From NCBI GenBank assembly GCA_003344405.1, contig NOWV01000255.1:62001-86696 (forward strand): a stretch of 24,696 bases of DNA, in the 5' to 3' direction. The DNA comes from Trichoplax sp. H2. Lineage: Eukaryota. Made by a program: the position numbers and the translations under genes. Below the pieces are notes generated by a model. The model saw nothing but the letters and a program-made list of their open reading frames with translations, searched no databases and had not been told where the DNA came from. Each line of letters begins with the position of its first letter. Position 1 is the stretch's first letter. Positions 12,601-24,316 of the stretch are shown here, in pieces.

Positions 12601-15600
12601 GGCTACAATGGTAATAAATAATTCGGAACTGTTTAGTTATTTTGATAGCAGAGTTTGACTACTTCTATACCGTAGATCGATTTAGCCAATATTATTGGAA
12701 TGGAATAAATGTTCAGTGCATGATAGAATATTGAACTATTGTAATATAGCTTATTCGCGGTGATATTCCACGTTACGCAGTAACTTACTTCTGGTCTCCC
12801 TTTCGACAAGCCGCGAGCCTCTGGTGAGAGAATAACAATTTCAAAATCAACTTTTCGATCTAATTCTTGACTAATTGCATTTGCTTCTTCAACCATGGGC
12901 AAAAGTTCAATTAACTCCTCTCGAAGTAACAATTGCTCTCGTGATTTTTCTGATGTATCCATGTCAAATCCGGCCACAGCAGCAATTTCTTCTTGTGCTT
13001 TTTCATAAGTTACCGTAGGCAGCCTGATATTATTGGCCTTTGCGGCTTCCAATTCCAACGGGTGATGGAAAACATATAAGTGATTTGATCCGAACATAAC
13101 CCTAATTTAAGAATAGAATGACAAATGTCGACATAAATCACATAACTGAGCTATTGGTTAAGCCTCATCATCTATTCTTATATCAAACTTCTATTCTGAT
13201 ATTCAATAGGATTGTATGTGTGTCTATCTTTTCTGACAGCGTTACCTATCACCATGGTGGAGAATAACTTTCGAGGTAACTGTTTCACCATTTAAAAGTA
13301 CTTTTGCATTATTGCAAGCACGAACGGTAATTTGCCCATCCTTACTGGTTACAATTGCGTGTTCCGATAGAATGCTATACAATATAAAATGTACGTAGAT
13401 AATTGTGATTAGTCGTTTATATTGATGCTGTTGAATTTTAACCGAATAAATTGCCATGATGCTTGATGAACTTTCAAAGAAAAGCAGAGTCTGAATATGG
13501 GGTTTTACACCCTGAAAATCAGTTTAGTAAATCTCTGTATATGAGCTGCAGGCTAAATGAGCTACAATTCCGGTATGATTATTTCGTAACGATTAACTGC
13601 TCCAATTTAGACAGTTTTGCATGTATCTGTTATTGAATTCGAGAACCGTATGCTCTTTGCAATAACGATTTAATTTGAATTAAGTTTTCTTAGCGAATAG
13701 CTGCTATATAAAAGTACGGTACATATCAGGGCAATAGACTAGATGGTTTCGTAGCTATTCCGTCTTGTTTAGATATTGATTAAAAATTATAATGATTGCA
13801 TGTATTATTTGCACTCTATATGAAACGAAGTAAGGTAACGAGAAAACTGAGATCTTACCTCAAACCCTTCAGCTCGATTGCTGGCGAAGTATCACCTAAA
13901 CCATTGCCAATAATATTTTCTCCTTCATTAATAGTGTGGATAATCATTGCCGACAGTTGAGAATCAACATTTAGATTCCAAAAATGTGGAGATGTTTTGG
14001 CAGCTTCTTTGACGGAGATGGCAGCTTTATTTGCTTCCTAAGACATTGAAGACATTTATTAAATAATACTGCATTGCTTGTAGCACTGTAACATAACGAT
14101 CGTATATTAGCATATTTTTAGATATGATGAATTCGACTTGACGTGATTTTAAACCTACCTCGTATAATTCTTGAGCCAGAACTAATTTTTCCTGCCATGA
14201 TTGATTCATTTCTTCAAGCCTTCGATCATTCTCTACCATCTAAGAATATTTAATAAGAATTTAGATCAGCAATGCTTAATAATTCGTATCAATCTGCAGT
14301 TTGTATGAAAAGGGTAAACGAGATTATAACTTACCCTAGCTCGTAGCTCTTCTTCCATTTGTTCTTTCATTTTGGCAATTTCTGCATATCAAATAATCCA
14401 GATTAATAAACTAAATGACGTAATGTAAATCCATCAAGTAATTGAATTTTTTGATTTGCTCTCACCTTCTTCCGAAATTCCTTCTGCAGCTTTTTCGTCC
14501 TCATCATCATCATCCTTTGGAATTTCACCATTTTCTAATGCCGCTTTCAACTTGGCATTTTCCTCCTGTAATTCGCGTATTAATTTCTCTGTTGGATCTT
14601 CATTAACTACCGCACTGGTCTTAATCTGCTTAGCTCGATCAGCTGTAAATATCGTATATTAATTAATCGTTAATATGATATAGTAGATTGGGTTTGTTAG
14701 TTAAAAAGAACGCGCATATGTTCTGGTCATTAATGAATAGAAACACTAGCTACTTCCGATTGTTGCCTTACCATAACGTAAAGTTGATAATGTTTCGTCA
14801 AAGTTAATATCTGCAGGGCTAATAGCTGCAATCTACCATAAAAATATCGTGTAGGATAAGTACTAGTTGGTTCAAGTTTTCCGTCCTAACTGTACAGATC
14901 AGATAGAACTAGAATCTATTCACTAACCATGATAGTTTTACTGTTTCCGCCAAGAGCATTCTTGAGCAGCTTTGTCAAGACAGAGTCACGATATGGAACT
15001 GTACCCAATATAAGCAAAGTGGATTTTAGGATAAAATAGATCGTTGATAAAGTTTTAAAAGCTGATATATAATAGAACTGAAATACTCCCACTGAGGAAA
15101 GTAGCATTAATTTGATGATGTGATTTGTAAAAATTATAAACGGAAATTATTCCGACGTTTCATTACTCGCCATGGCGTACCTCGAACATTCTTTCCATTC
15201 GCCTTGTCAGCAAGCGCTTTGCAAAGATAGATAGTAGTTTAAAATGAGTACTTTACTTTTATAGTAAGTGAACTTTATTAAATGTACGTAGCATGATTAG
15301 TATTAAGCATTGTCGTATGATTTTTAGCGACTAATTTAACTACCTGCAATAACATTGCCAAGACTGGATAACGACTGATTAATAGCTGCACCTTCCTTCA
15401 AGCGATCTCCAGTAGCTCCAGTAGAATCAGCTCGTTCACTAAGTCATAGAATTTAAAATTTCTTTCAGAGGCGAAATAACGGATACTAGATCTGTAACTC
15501 AAATTACAGCATATTTTCTATTCTAAATTAGATATCCTTGTATGGCGAAGGAGATATTCCTTAAAATATAATCCTAACATTTACCTTCCAGCTAAATCAA

Positions 15601-18600
15601 CCAAATTTATAATGGCTGATTTTGTCGTTTCTTGACCTGCAGCGTTCTTTCCTTTCTGATGAAAAGTAACTCCAACAATTGTGTGAGCACGGCTATAAGG
15701 AAAAAGATGTAAAAATGATTGCTATATACTGTAAAAGGATCTCGAGATTACCTTGTTATGTAAGAGGCAGAGGCTGTAAATATCTAAATTATCTTACCTG
15801 CTGGTGGCATTCATTAAAGTTGCTGCTACTGTTCTATTTCTTGTTCCTTCTTCCATTCTGTTCTCGATATCTTTGTAGGAATTAACTGGTACTGTCAATA
15901 ACGATTCCACTACAAAAAAATTGCTGACTCAGTAATCGATATTCGATCCAATTGAGATTAAGATATTTTTATTTAGCTGCTTATTATCCATTGGATTCAC
16001 TGTAGATTACCGTAAAATCCTTTTTTGGGATGTTGACGAACTCTTAATCCTTTCTTGGACTTGGATTTAGAATTAAGTAGGTCACGAACCTAGAGCAACA
16101 CCAATGAAATTTTATTAGTCTAGTTTACTTTAGCGATAGAGTGTAGCACTAGTAATTACAACCGATATCTAAGTAAGAGGATAGAAACCTTTCTGGCCGT
16201 TACTAGTTACTTGTATCAATTATAATCGCAAATGTGATTTGATTTTATTCGATAAGTTAAGATAGTGAATAAGACATCTGACTAGTTTTATATACATTTA
16301 CCTGCTCATTATAGATTTCTAACATGCTAAAAGAGACCTGAAAGAATTAAAGAGCAATAGAGATGTTAAATTTGATAAAGTAGCAAATGTTTGTTTTACA
16401 CGTGCATTCGCTGATTATTGTATAGCTTTATAACGCAATGATCGGAGATATTTTAAGGCCATCATTGCACGGCAGTATTACCTCAAATTCAGAACTGTCG
16501 CCGCTCTCTTTCTTTCCTTCTATACCTTTAAACATTTCGTCGCAAAATAAGGGTACGATACCTGATAAAAAAATCGCAGGAAAATGTTAACTCTAATTTT
16601 ATCGAAAAGGCACGGTTTAATTTTCTATATTCATGATATTGTGATCGATGTACTCAATATAGAGCCCTTTTAGGTATCCAATCGAAAATATAAAAATGAA
16701 CAAGTAAACTTCATATACTATAACACTAATTAAAGTTTTATAAAAGGAGTACATTTAACAGAAAAGAGAGATAATATAGTTTACCTTTATTTTTTCCATA
16801 TCCAACAATGGAATAAGATTTCCCGGAACCAGTTTGGCCATAAGCAAATAGTGTGCTATTAAAGCCATTCCAAGCATTGTCGAGTACACCTCGGCCTAAG
16901 TCATCAAATACTTTTTTCTGTATGGCATAGTTGGCATTATTTTGAAATAGAAGAGAAGAAGGAAAGAAATTAATATCAAGCTTAAGATGAGAGACTATAT
17001 TTTATCGCTAATATAATAATGGAGGAAAATTTCAGTATAATTTATAGTTCATAGCATTACTACAATAATCAATCCAAATACTTAATTTTTATGAGCAGTT
17101 TTAATCATCATAACGAAGGCAAAATAAAACTAACCTGATCAGCATAATGGGGATGGGTGGGTGCAAGATAGCCATCGTCTTGTTCCTCGTAGTCATCATG
17201 TGACCAATAACTAAAATCGAAGGCAAATTTTCTTGGTTCTTCATTTGGTTGTTCTGGATCGATTAATTCTGTGACATTGTCGTGCATATTGACTATTAAA
17301 CCAGCATTTCTTGCTTTTTCACGCGAATTGTAAGAATGGTTAAGGTTGATCAATTAACGAAATCATGCTTGCCATTAAAATTATAGTACAGGTAGTAATC
17401 AAATTAGTAATTCTTAGTAAATTGATATTGGTCAATTATTCGCATGATATGTCTTTGATTTATAGCCATACTGAAGGAAACATAATACAAATTATTCTAG
17501 TTTCTGACTTTGCTAGTGATTGTCTTCTTCACATTATACTGTACATATAAAATAACTAAGAGAATAGCACAGCATCCGCATCTCATTCTTAATCAGATAT
17601 CATCAAATAAAATGAAGTTCCGATTTCAAGGCGTGAGTATGAGAAAATTTAAGCCACTGTTAACGTGAAATAAATATCCAATTCTATTCTCGTACGTGTC
17701 TTACATCATCAGCAATACGTCAATTTATAACAAAAATATGATAAATGTGATTTTGTAACCCATAAAGCGTATTATCTATTTTCTCTGCTAGTAAGCAATA
17801 ATTTAATGTACGATAGCTTTTTCTGATACAGGTGAAAATGTGAATAACTTTGATTTGATATGGATAACGTAGTGTAAACAAAATAAGTGAAGGATTGGTG
17901 ATTAGCCTTTGAACGAAATATTAAATAGAATGAAGAAACTGCTTCCAAAGTGAATGACAAAAATTAATAATTTATCACTGAGATTTAATGTCATTGCCGT
18001 CTTGAACTATCCCGACGGCGGCCATAACACGAAAACTGGCTTATCATAAACGGATAAGTGATTAATACCACTTCACCGTTTTATATACCGCAAGTTATAA
18101 ACAAATTAAGATACATCATATGGTTATAGTGGGTTAGAATCTTTGCGTTATAGTTCAGGTTTATCATAGTATTGAAACGGCAATTATAATACAAGAATTG
18201 ATTTATCATTAAATCAACTTGTATATAGGTCCAAAGTATTGCCGTTGATTAGAAACTTTACTTACTTTAGTTTATGGCACTCAACTGTTTTAAATTAATT
18301 TAATCGTAAATGAGCTTTGGTCCTAAATACGGTTCCGCTAATTAAAAATTAAATTCTAAGTCAAATTTGTCTTAGTTATCTTAACGATAATGAGATAGCT
18401 GGCCTACCATAACCTAATCCAGTAGATAGGCTAAGGCAACGTTCCGGGTACATAACTATTTTAGCAAAATCGAAATAATGTTTATTCCATCGTACCATTG
18501 TGGTTGATTGACGTATCGATTCCATTTTTCTGAACTATCATAACGCTATTAAGATTATTCTTGCCAAAATAAAATCGACTTTTAATATAAGACATCAATT

Positions 18601-18727
18601 CTACTAAGTCATGAAAAAAAAATTTATTCTATCAAGCGAGTATAGCAGATCAGAATGTAAAACAGACTTCATGAAAGGATATAAATGGCCTAACGCGAAC
18701 GGCAACTTTAACGTTTTCGTCTGTCAT
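9612..18727 (-). CDS. KIF28: Kinesin-3 family motor, KIF28/KLP-6-like (motor domain, neck coil, FHA, KIF1B-like region, C2-like region, coiled coil, low-complexity tail, CaaX); about 1143 aa
   Basis: Minus-strand exons: 18727-18683, 17329-17135, 16917-16785, 16561-16482, 16337-16302, 16089-16011, 15909-15798, 15692-15585, 15438-15344, 15216-15181, 14998-14928, 14832-14772, 14642-14466, 14381-14335, 14239-14159, 14037-13859, 13374-13246, 13101-12789, 12602-12468, 12361-12278, 12200-12138, 12015-11935, 11791-11726, 11595-11470, 11344-11165, 10584-10504, 10345-10289 (donor uncertain by 6 nt), 10193-9612. All phases join. Motifs: [26 protein letters not shown]-loop [10 protein letters not shown], switch I NATSSRAH, switch [49 protein letters not shown] (PHFWNLN...LHHGDRVMFG), [11 protein letters not shown]. 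Confidence 0.9.
9738..9947 (-). repeat. Coding tandem duplication, 2 x 105 bp (2 x 35 aa), in the kinesin tail
   Basis: Unit 1 (9947-9843) [35 protein letters not shown]; unit 2 (9842-9738) [35 protein letters not shown]. Confidence 0.9.
17330..18682 (-). other. U12-type (minor spliceosome) AT-AC intron 1 of the kinesin gene, 1353 nt
   Basis: 5' site ATATCCTTT at 18682-18674; branch site CCTTAAC at 17345-17339; 3' end TAC| at 17332-17330. Splicing restores the conserved kinesin sequence VRVRPF|NSRE in phase 0. Confidence 0.93.
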
Positions 18728-19342
18728 GGCGGTTAACAGTTAAATTCTGGAGTTCTGAATCAATCCAATTTCTGACTTGTCGAATCTAAACGTTAGAATG
18801 GTCTACTTTAATATTGATGCTGTCAGTTTAGTTATCTTAGTCTACAGAAATCAATGCAAAGGTCACTACTTGGTAAGCACTCCTAAATGTAGCGTATAAT
18901 TCTATTTTCGTCGGCTTCACTTAGGTGTTAAAAAGAGTATATCATACAGAAAATCATGAGACTATGATGTTTATAACTGGTTGAGCACTATACTAATGAA
19001 ATACTGCAAAAGTCTGTTCTAGCTTAGCCTTATCAATAACTTTTTCGCTGCCTCTATAAATAGATTGTTTAATAAACCTACCCAATCAATAATAACAAAT
19101 ATAAAAATTAAGTCTTCATAACCTATACTAAATCCTATATGTGCACAGTTTGTAGTCGAATGAATAGGCTTTTAAATAACCTATTAAGTTGTCGGTATGG
19201 CATACCAATAATAACACCTGGTTTCAATATAGTTCCTTATGTGATCACTGAGTGTCTCCTGTATTTCTCCTGTATACTATTAAATCTAAATCTACGGTAA
19301 TTAACAACTATCATACTCATATTCCTTATAACTGCAGAAAAA

Positions 19343-19474
19343 TGACCTATGACCTGTTGCTAACAACATAAATCCACACCTTGATATTACAACTCTAGTA
19401 TTAAAATAGATGTCGCCTTGGCAACAGTTTCATGGCGTAGAAGGATTACTACGTGAGGGTATAAACTGACGTCA
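19343..19474. promoter_or_regulatory. Putative promoter motif cluster of the kinesin gene: DR1, X-box-like, X-box, CRE
   Basis: TGACCTATGACCT (perfect AGGTCA-n-AGGTCA DR1 on the minus strand) at 19343-19355; GTTGCTAACAAC at 19356-19367; GTCGCCTTGGCAAC (RFX X-box consensus GTNRCC-N0-3-RGYAAC) at 19412-19425; TGACGTCA at 19467-19474. The cluster lies 616-747 bp upstream of the ATG. Confidence 0.6.
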
Positions 19475-20749
19475 TACAGACTTAATGTGGAACTTAAAAT
19501 AAATCGATCATAAATGGATTATAGTGTGCTTTAGATCAATGAAACCAATTACAAAAATTGTGCAGTATTATAACCGGCATTAACAAAGTATGAACGGTGT
19601 AATAAAACTAACATTCTAGAATAAGCAGCATTGCATATGTAAATGTTATGGATAAATCGATAGAAATCAATATTTATAAAGCTACATGGGAGGAAAAATT
19701 AGCAATTTTGTGTATCCTTGTTACGATACTGCTTATAACTTAAGTAATTACGGCATTGGTTAGTGAATAATAAGCATCTTAGAATAGTCTAGATAAAGCC
19801 ATATGCTATGTTTAATGTTCGATTTGCTAGGCTTGGAGTTGATGTTTTGGTAATAGAATCGTGATATAAAACAAAAATTACAGCCAATTAATTTACTATA
19901 AAACGAAAGGCGAGCTACTTCTAACAATTGAACCGTTTATGGACAGAGGATGAGTATTGCTACCCTCGAAGTTTCAGAATATCTACATACTCGTATCTAT
20001 TTAGTAGTTTCATAATTCATAAAACAAAGATATCGTGCATTAAGTGCCTGAGTACCAGAATACTTATAGTAGATTATAAGGTACTATAGATTAGTAGGAA
20101 GAAGTGCAGAATTTTATAGCTGTATATCATACGTCTGTAGCAAAATATGAGTGGTATAAAATAAAATCAACAATTTTTGTGCTATATCGAAATACGAGAG
20201 TATTAAACCAGGTGTAGAACTTGATATTTTCAATCATAGCTTGAACAATGATGTCTTAATGTTACTGCATCATGACTCGATCTACCATAGAAGTCATGAA
20301 ACCATAAACTAAAAATTAGCAAGTTCATTCATTTTAATTATAATATAAGTAAATGATTTGATATGGTTTAACCGACATTGTATAAGAACAATTATAGCTT
20401 TGCTAGATTATTTTAATTTTACTAAAATCGATTTTTTTAGGCGAAAATAAGTGGTTTCATATCTAATCGATAAGATTTTAATACTAGTACAGTTCTTATA
20501 GTCTAACTCGCTACGTAATACATGATTAGAATAATTGCTGACGTAGGTGAAACAATAACTATATTACGGGTTTCTTTTAAAATGACTGGTAAAGTAGATA
20601 AATAATAAACCAAATTGTTCATAGTATTACCTTTTAAACAGTTTACAATGTATTCATGAGCTGTGAGTTAGTATAAGAATTAATACAACATTAATGTAGT
20701 TAAATGCTTTCATATTTGCTTATGCATTCTGGTTATCATAAGAAGTAAC

Positions 20750-21305
20750 GTCTCGTAAATTTCTTAATACTTGAACATAGTAAGGCCAGTGATTGTCTGA
20801 CCTTTAGCAACATAATGCTTATAAACTACATCTTTAGAATTGAAAAAAAACGATATTCATCACTTTAACTTTAGAGCGCTTTGCTTGGCCTTCTTTGGAT
20901 GTGGAGAATTCGAACATTTCCGTTGAGATGACATTGACTTGGTCTCTGATCGTATCCATGGACCCATGTTTCATCTCTTGTATCAAGAACTATATAAAAA
21001 CGATCAATGGAAGTAAGTAGTACATTCATTATTCAATACTGACCGGCTATGATACGTTTGGTGTAAGTTGGATTATCCGCAACTTTTTAAAGCATTTCTT
21101 GGCTGACCGTCTGCCGTTGCAACTTATGGTCAATGGTTAGCAGGCGTGGTACGAACTTCGCAGCGACGCGATAGATGTTCAAATCAACCGTAAGTATGGT
21201 AAATGCACTTTAAATGGAAATACCAATACCTTTAGCCATCTCAGGTACTGTTAAATGGCGATCTGATTTGATGAGCTCGTTAACTTTATTGGTTAAGCCA
21301 TCGGT
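20750..21305 (-). mobile_element. Degenerate mariner (Tc1/mariner) transposase fragment, truncated at both ends
   Basis: Frameshift-corrected translation: TDGLTNKVNELIKSDRHLTVPEMAKGIGISI*SAFTILTVDLNIYRVAAKFVPRLLTIDHKLQRQTVSQEMLK/VADNPTYTKRIIAG[insertion]DETWVHGYD/ETKSMSSQRKCSNSPHPKKAKQ/RSKVKVMNIVFF/NSKDVVYKHYVAKGQTITG/YYVQVLRNLRD. It contains the second HTH, the WVPHEL-equivalent FVPRLL linker and the first catalytic GDETW motif, with about 5 frameshifts and 1 stop. No HDNA or YSPDL motif and no TIRs seen. Confidence 0.9.
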
Positions 21306-23349
21306 TTATAAAAGTACATACGGAAAGTAAGTTTTAAGGAAATACGTGAATGATGTTATGGAAAAGTTATAATGGATAGGAACGAATGAGAATATTCTAA
21401 TTTAATGTTAAAAGAACAACGATATTGTAAAGGTTATGAATTAAAGCAATTATTTTTTTAATTCCTTTTTTATTTATAATGAATAATAAAAGCACAATTT
21501 GGTAATAAAAATTGCCAAAAACACCACGAAATCATGCTACTGAGAGATTCCCTGCTCGTCTTAGATTCTGCCTTCGTTGATCAACTTTGTCTTCAGAATT
21601 AAATCTCCAATACCTATGTAAGAGTATTAACAATTGTAGCTTAATAATTTAAGGCGTATTGGGTAAGATAAGTAGCAGTAATTTTTAACTATTGAATATT
21701 CGATATATTAATTTGCGGAATAGTTGCTTGTTGATGTGACAACTATTGATTCCCATTAATTAATTATTAGAATATTTGTGATCACATACAAATAAACTGA
21801 TAAATGAATTACTTATTACATTGAAAAAGAGTCGGTCACCTTGCTTAAGTAATAAAAAGCTTGCTAGCCATGTTAATTTTGTCACCATTAACATTTACGC
21901 TATTAGCTCAGCATAGCTCGGCATAGGAGAACTATCATTAAGCTAAGATATTTGGTATTATTCAATAACTTTAGTCAGAGCAAGCCCATAAATGAACTGA
22001 ATTTGAGCATTTATTTATGATGTAGTACAAATAATTTTCATTAAACGCAGTCAAGTTAAGGTTCTTAATTGGGGAGTAAGTTAATCAAGAATGACAATTA
22101 TGATTTATAAAATTAGGTATAAATAAAGATTGCCGTAATATTACAACCATATGAATCATATGAACGCTCTATCGATGTATAAATGTTCACATCTATTAAT
22201 TAATTTTTCTTTGATCAATTCATTCATAACATCACACAGTAAAATGATAAAATGTCTTTCGAATATTAATGTATAAGTTTTTAATGATATCAACGATGAT
22301 TGCTTAATCGATTGATTTTCTTTAAACTGATTACTACAGTACTATATATATACATATTTATTTTGATTCTTCCAATATTGGCCACCTGTTATAGTACGAG
22401 AATAATCGTCTTAAGAATGAATGGAATATCATTCAAGAAGAACCTAATCTAGAGTAATAAATGATATTGCCTTTAAAAATTGAATAAACAACTAAAATAT
22501 ACACGCATATATGGTAGTTTATCATAAATGTAATTTACCAGAAATTTGTGATGTAATAAATATTCTATTTTAAGAGATCGACATTAGGACGTGTACTTCA
22601 GAAGATTTAACGCCCTTTTTTATCCATTCGTTTCATAATAGATGAGTTTGGACCCGCCGACTTCGTTGGCGATAATGTCTGTAGTACTTGAAATGTATAA
22701 GATCCCAGGTATCTCTATTAGAGTTATATCTTTATAAATGATCAGCTTTTCCATCAGCATTAAAGCCTCTAGTACACGGGTATTAGCTATTAGCCACGAA
22801 GGTATGGCAGGATCATTGTAAGTCTAAGATATTTACTATCATTTAATTACTAAGAGTACAGTAAATTTATAATACAACTGAATTTCAGCATTCATCAATG
22901 CTATGCATAGTACAAGTACTTTTCAAAAGAGAAATCAAAGCTAAGATCGTCACTTAAGGATTGAAATTAATGAGGAATTATGATGTCTAAAATCAAGCAT
23001 AATCAAGATTCGTCTTGGTATTTCTTTCTTGATTTTATTAGTATTCTATTGATACAAATGAAATTCACATCTATTAATTATCCTTTAATCATCTATGATA
23101 TCGTAGAATGATAAATATCGAAATATCGATCTATAAATGATTCACGATAAAAAGCAGTTATCGTTTTATTTATTAATTTCTTGCTCTAAAACGTTACAGT
23201 ATGTCTATACAAGTTCATCAAGTTTTTTTAAGATGACTATATCCTGTTACATCGTTAGAATGATGGTCTCGAACATGAATGATACATTATTTTAGAAGAA
23301 CTAATTTAGAATTTAACTGTAATGAAATGAAATATGTAGAGATCAAGCT

Positions 23350-24316
23350 ACGAAACTTTAACAAACTTTGATTCTACTTTCGTTGCACTCCGGTCGAGTT
23401 AACGCTAATACTTTGACACCAAATAAAATTTGGGGAAATAACCGAACAACAATTTATTACAAAACAAGAATGGAGAGAAACATAAACCGAACAACCTTAC
23501 AAATACTTAGCTTTAAGTATTATTAAAATAAATGACAGACTTAAAAACTGTCAACGACCAAACAACCTTTCAAAAAGAAGAACGTTTTAACTTACGACAA
23601 TTCGACCCCGAAGGCCTTTTAAATTCAACAAGTTCTTCAAATAAAATCTTCTCCTACTCTCTCTTCCTCTAAATTTTCTAATTGCACTATCATTTATAGG
23701 CTTCGTAGAGCCGTCAGAGGTATTTAAAACTAAACATTTGCTAACCAATCGCTCTTAAGATCCGTTTTACAAAACTACTTTGCACCATTTAAGAAAACAA
23801 AAATCATTCAAAGTTCAGACACAATTTACCCTACGATTCCCTTACAAAACACTATAAAAGTAACAAGCTAACTATAAAAATACATCAAACTTCATTTCTA
23901 ACATAATTTCTATCATTAATACACTATAAAAGTCTAAAAATCAACCTTTAAACATCAAGATTTAGTCATAAAAACAACATTCTAACTACCTAACAATCAA
24001 CACAACCTCTGCCAATTTCCATCTTATTTTCTATTTTCCTCACTAAATCTCCTAATGTGACTTCAAATCACGTCATAAAATTCCAAAGTTTCAAATTCAT
24101 AACAAAAAGTCCAAATCTCAAAAATCAACTCTTACGATATTTTTCATGAACAAAAATCCAAAACTTAAAACAGAAAAATTATAATTCAGAAATAAATTAA
24201 AAATAAACCCGACCGGTTCCAAAACAGGAAAATTATATCGGACACAAACCCGACCGGTCCCAGAATCCGAAAACTATATCGGACACAAATCCGGAAACAT
24301 TTGCTTTTTATGAAGA
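23350..24316 (-). mobile_element. Possible Helitron-like element relic with extreme strand skew
   Basis: Sharp compositional anomaly (G-poor + strand), subterminal tandem repeat, and a minus-strand start A|TCTTCATAAAAAGCAAATGTTT at 24317|24316 resembling Helitron 5'-TC termini. No 3' hairpin+CTRR end or Rep/helicase motif found; left boundary approximate. Confidence 0.3.
24205..24286. repeat. 41-bp tandem direct repeat, 2 copies (35/41 identical)
   Basis: AAACCCGACCGGTTCCAAAACAGGAAAATTATATCGGACAC (24205-24245) and AAACCCGACCGGTCCCAGAATCCGAAAACTATATCGGACAC (24246-24286). Confidence 0.9.

Noticed and set aside
11351..15885. Plus-strand ORFs 11351-11536, 14456-14662 and 15679-15885
   Set aside because: Antisense to kinesin exons; no independent coding signal.
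17365..17960. ORFs 17365-17550 (+) and 17772-17960 (-) inside the U12 intron
   Set aside because: Near-threshold length, AT-biased composition, no recognisable homology.
21532..21613. Possible minus-strand terminal exon (tag|G TAT TGG... = YWRFNSEDKVDQRRQNLRRAGNLSVA*) with AATAAA downstream
   Set aside because: Too short to identify and no compatible upstream exon chain could be built.
22540..22823. Exon-like minus-strand stretch (TYNDPAIPSWLIANTRVLEAL...YYETNG*) between an AG and a GT
   Set aside because: In-frame stop before the donor and no recognisable family; cannot be supported as coding.
24205..24295. Repeat pair considered as a CRISPR-like array
   Set aside because: Only two abutting units, no unique spacers, eukaryotic context and no cas genes.
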